Below are positions 62,700 to 64,000 of a stretch of 64,000 bases of DNA, piece after piece. The notes below the pieces were generated by a model. That model did not search any database and had not been told where the DNA came from. It saw nothing but the letters and a program-made list of their open reading frames with translations. Each line of letters opens with the position of its first letter. The stretch's first letter is position 1. Made by a program: the position numbers and the translations under genes. Source of the DNA: Eledone cirrhosa (taxonomy: Eukaryota); the NCBI GenBank assembly GCA_964016885.1, contig OZ024740.1, positions 188,790,001-188,854,000 on the forward strand, in the 5' to 3' direction.

Positions 62700-63790
62700 G
62701 CAGAAGAAAAATTATTTAAGCAAAAGTGTGTAGAATGGCACTTTCCTGTCAAGTGTAAGGTTTGAGAGACAAAGGAACCTGTAAAGAAGTGTATGCAAAT
62801 GTTATGTGTTTGTATGTATGTTCTGAGGAATTGATATGGGAATGGTTTGCTGCTAGGTGGCATGTGCAAAGCATAATAGTGTGTGTGTAGGTATGTGGTA
62901 AATAGGTAAGGCAGTATTTAGAGCTGCTTAGAGGCGTTGTTTTGTGGGGAAAAAAGAGTTTTTAGATGAAGCCTACTCAACTATTCATCCCAAACTATTC
63001 ATCCCAAATGGTTGAGGGTAACCAGGTTGTAAGAATTAATGGACTGTGGAGTTGCAACTACAGTGTCATTAGAGGTAGAGTATTTGTGAGAGGAGGATAA
63101 CAGATGTTGTGTGTGGATGGGTTTCGATTAAGTAAAATTGAGGTCTTTGTGGGAAAGGATGGTGACATACTATCATTTATGTTATGACTATATAACTCTG
63201 TGAAATTAGTGAAGATTTACCATTCAACATATGCACCAAACTAGGTGACAATGTTCGGCTTCATCCTGGTTCCTAGTAATCTGCTAGTAGAATTCTCTGA
63301 AAAAAGAGAAACAGCTGAAAGTGAGGATGAGTTTAATATGGCTAGGAAATAGTTATATTATGAACTGTAGTATGTTGGTCAAGGAAGTACTTTGGAGTTA
63401 GAAGCCCATCATTATAAAGGATGGCAATATAGAGGGACTTAACATCCATAGTAAAATGGAGCCCAGATTAGCCAGGTGGAAAGGTAGAGGTAGCTTGTGA
63501 AGGAGAGCATAAATGTGTAATGAGAGAGTTCTACCAAGAAGAAATAATGGAGATAGTGAAAAAAATATGAGTCACTAGAGTTGTTGGCCTTAGGGATCTT
63601 GGTAAGGAAGTACATAATAGATATACAGTATATAGATGATGATGTTTGTGGCTGCAGGAGTAGGAGGAAATGAGATGTGTTGTTGTATGGTGGTGGAAAC
63701 TAGTTGATGATTGCAGCTTAGATTCTGAGGAATGTTAAGGTGTCTTAAATGTGTTTAAAACCAGAATGGTCACCAGTGTAATGTAGTTTT
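62700..63790 (-). mobile_element. Degenerate Penelope-like reverse transcriptase
   Basis: MYFLTKIPKANN (compare FYxLPKIHK), FTMDVKSLYIAILYNDGL (compare MDVKSLYTNIPHxDGL), LKLILTFSCFSF...Y*QI. Confidence 0.75.
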
Positions 63791-64000
63791 CTTCAATTTA
63801 AAGGTCTGTTAATGAGCTATATTGATACTCTCATTAAATATGTTCTGTTGGTCGCATGAAAAGTAAGAATATAGAAAACATACTCTACAATACGATTTAA
63901 AAACAAACAAAACTACTCTTGAGAATATGCAGACATATACAGAAAGGACCATTTGTAACTACATTCTTACTCATCTTTAACATTTATTTTTGTATATGCA

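Overview
AT-rich eukaryotic DNA, intergenic or intronic, with no recognisable host exons. The SINE and RTE repertoire resembles octopod cephalopods (inference). The first 35 kb is decayed SINE, RTE-LINE and Penelope debris. From about 35.8 to 58 kb there is a very large (TA)n microsatellite field colonised by mobile elements: an intact 985-codon APE-RT LINE ORF (CR1 group, no ORF1), two inverted 3' ends of a Penelope-like element (GIY-YIG plus pseudo-LTR), and several small non-coding element families, each carrying a type I hammerhead ribozyme (HHR) motif. The most notable is a near-identical 6.25 x 466-bp tandem array with one HHR per unit, which looks like a non-LTR retrozyme copied from a circular RNA. 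About 20 HHR motifs from about 7 families can be read directly, including U3-A8 compensatory core variants. Many copies are arranged as fold-back palindromes, including a roughly 3.9-kb composite inverted repeat. Nearly all Y/I-rich ORFs in the track are microsatellite artefacts.
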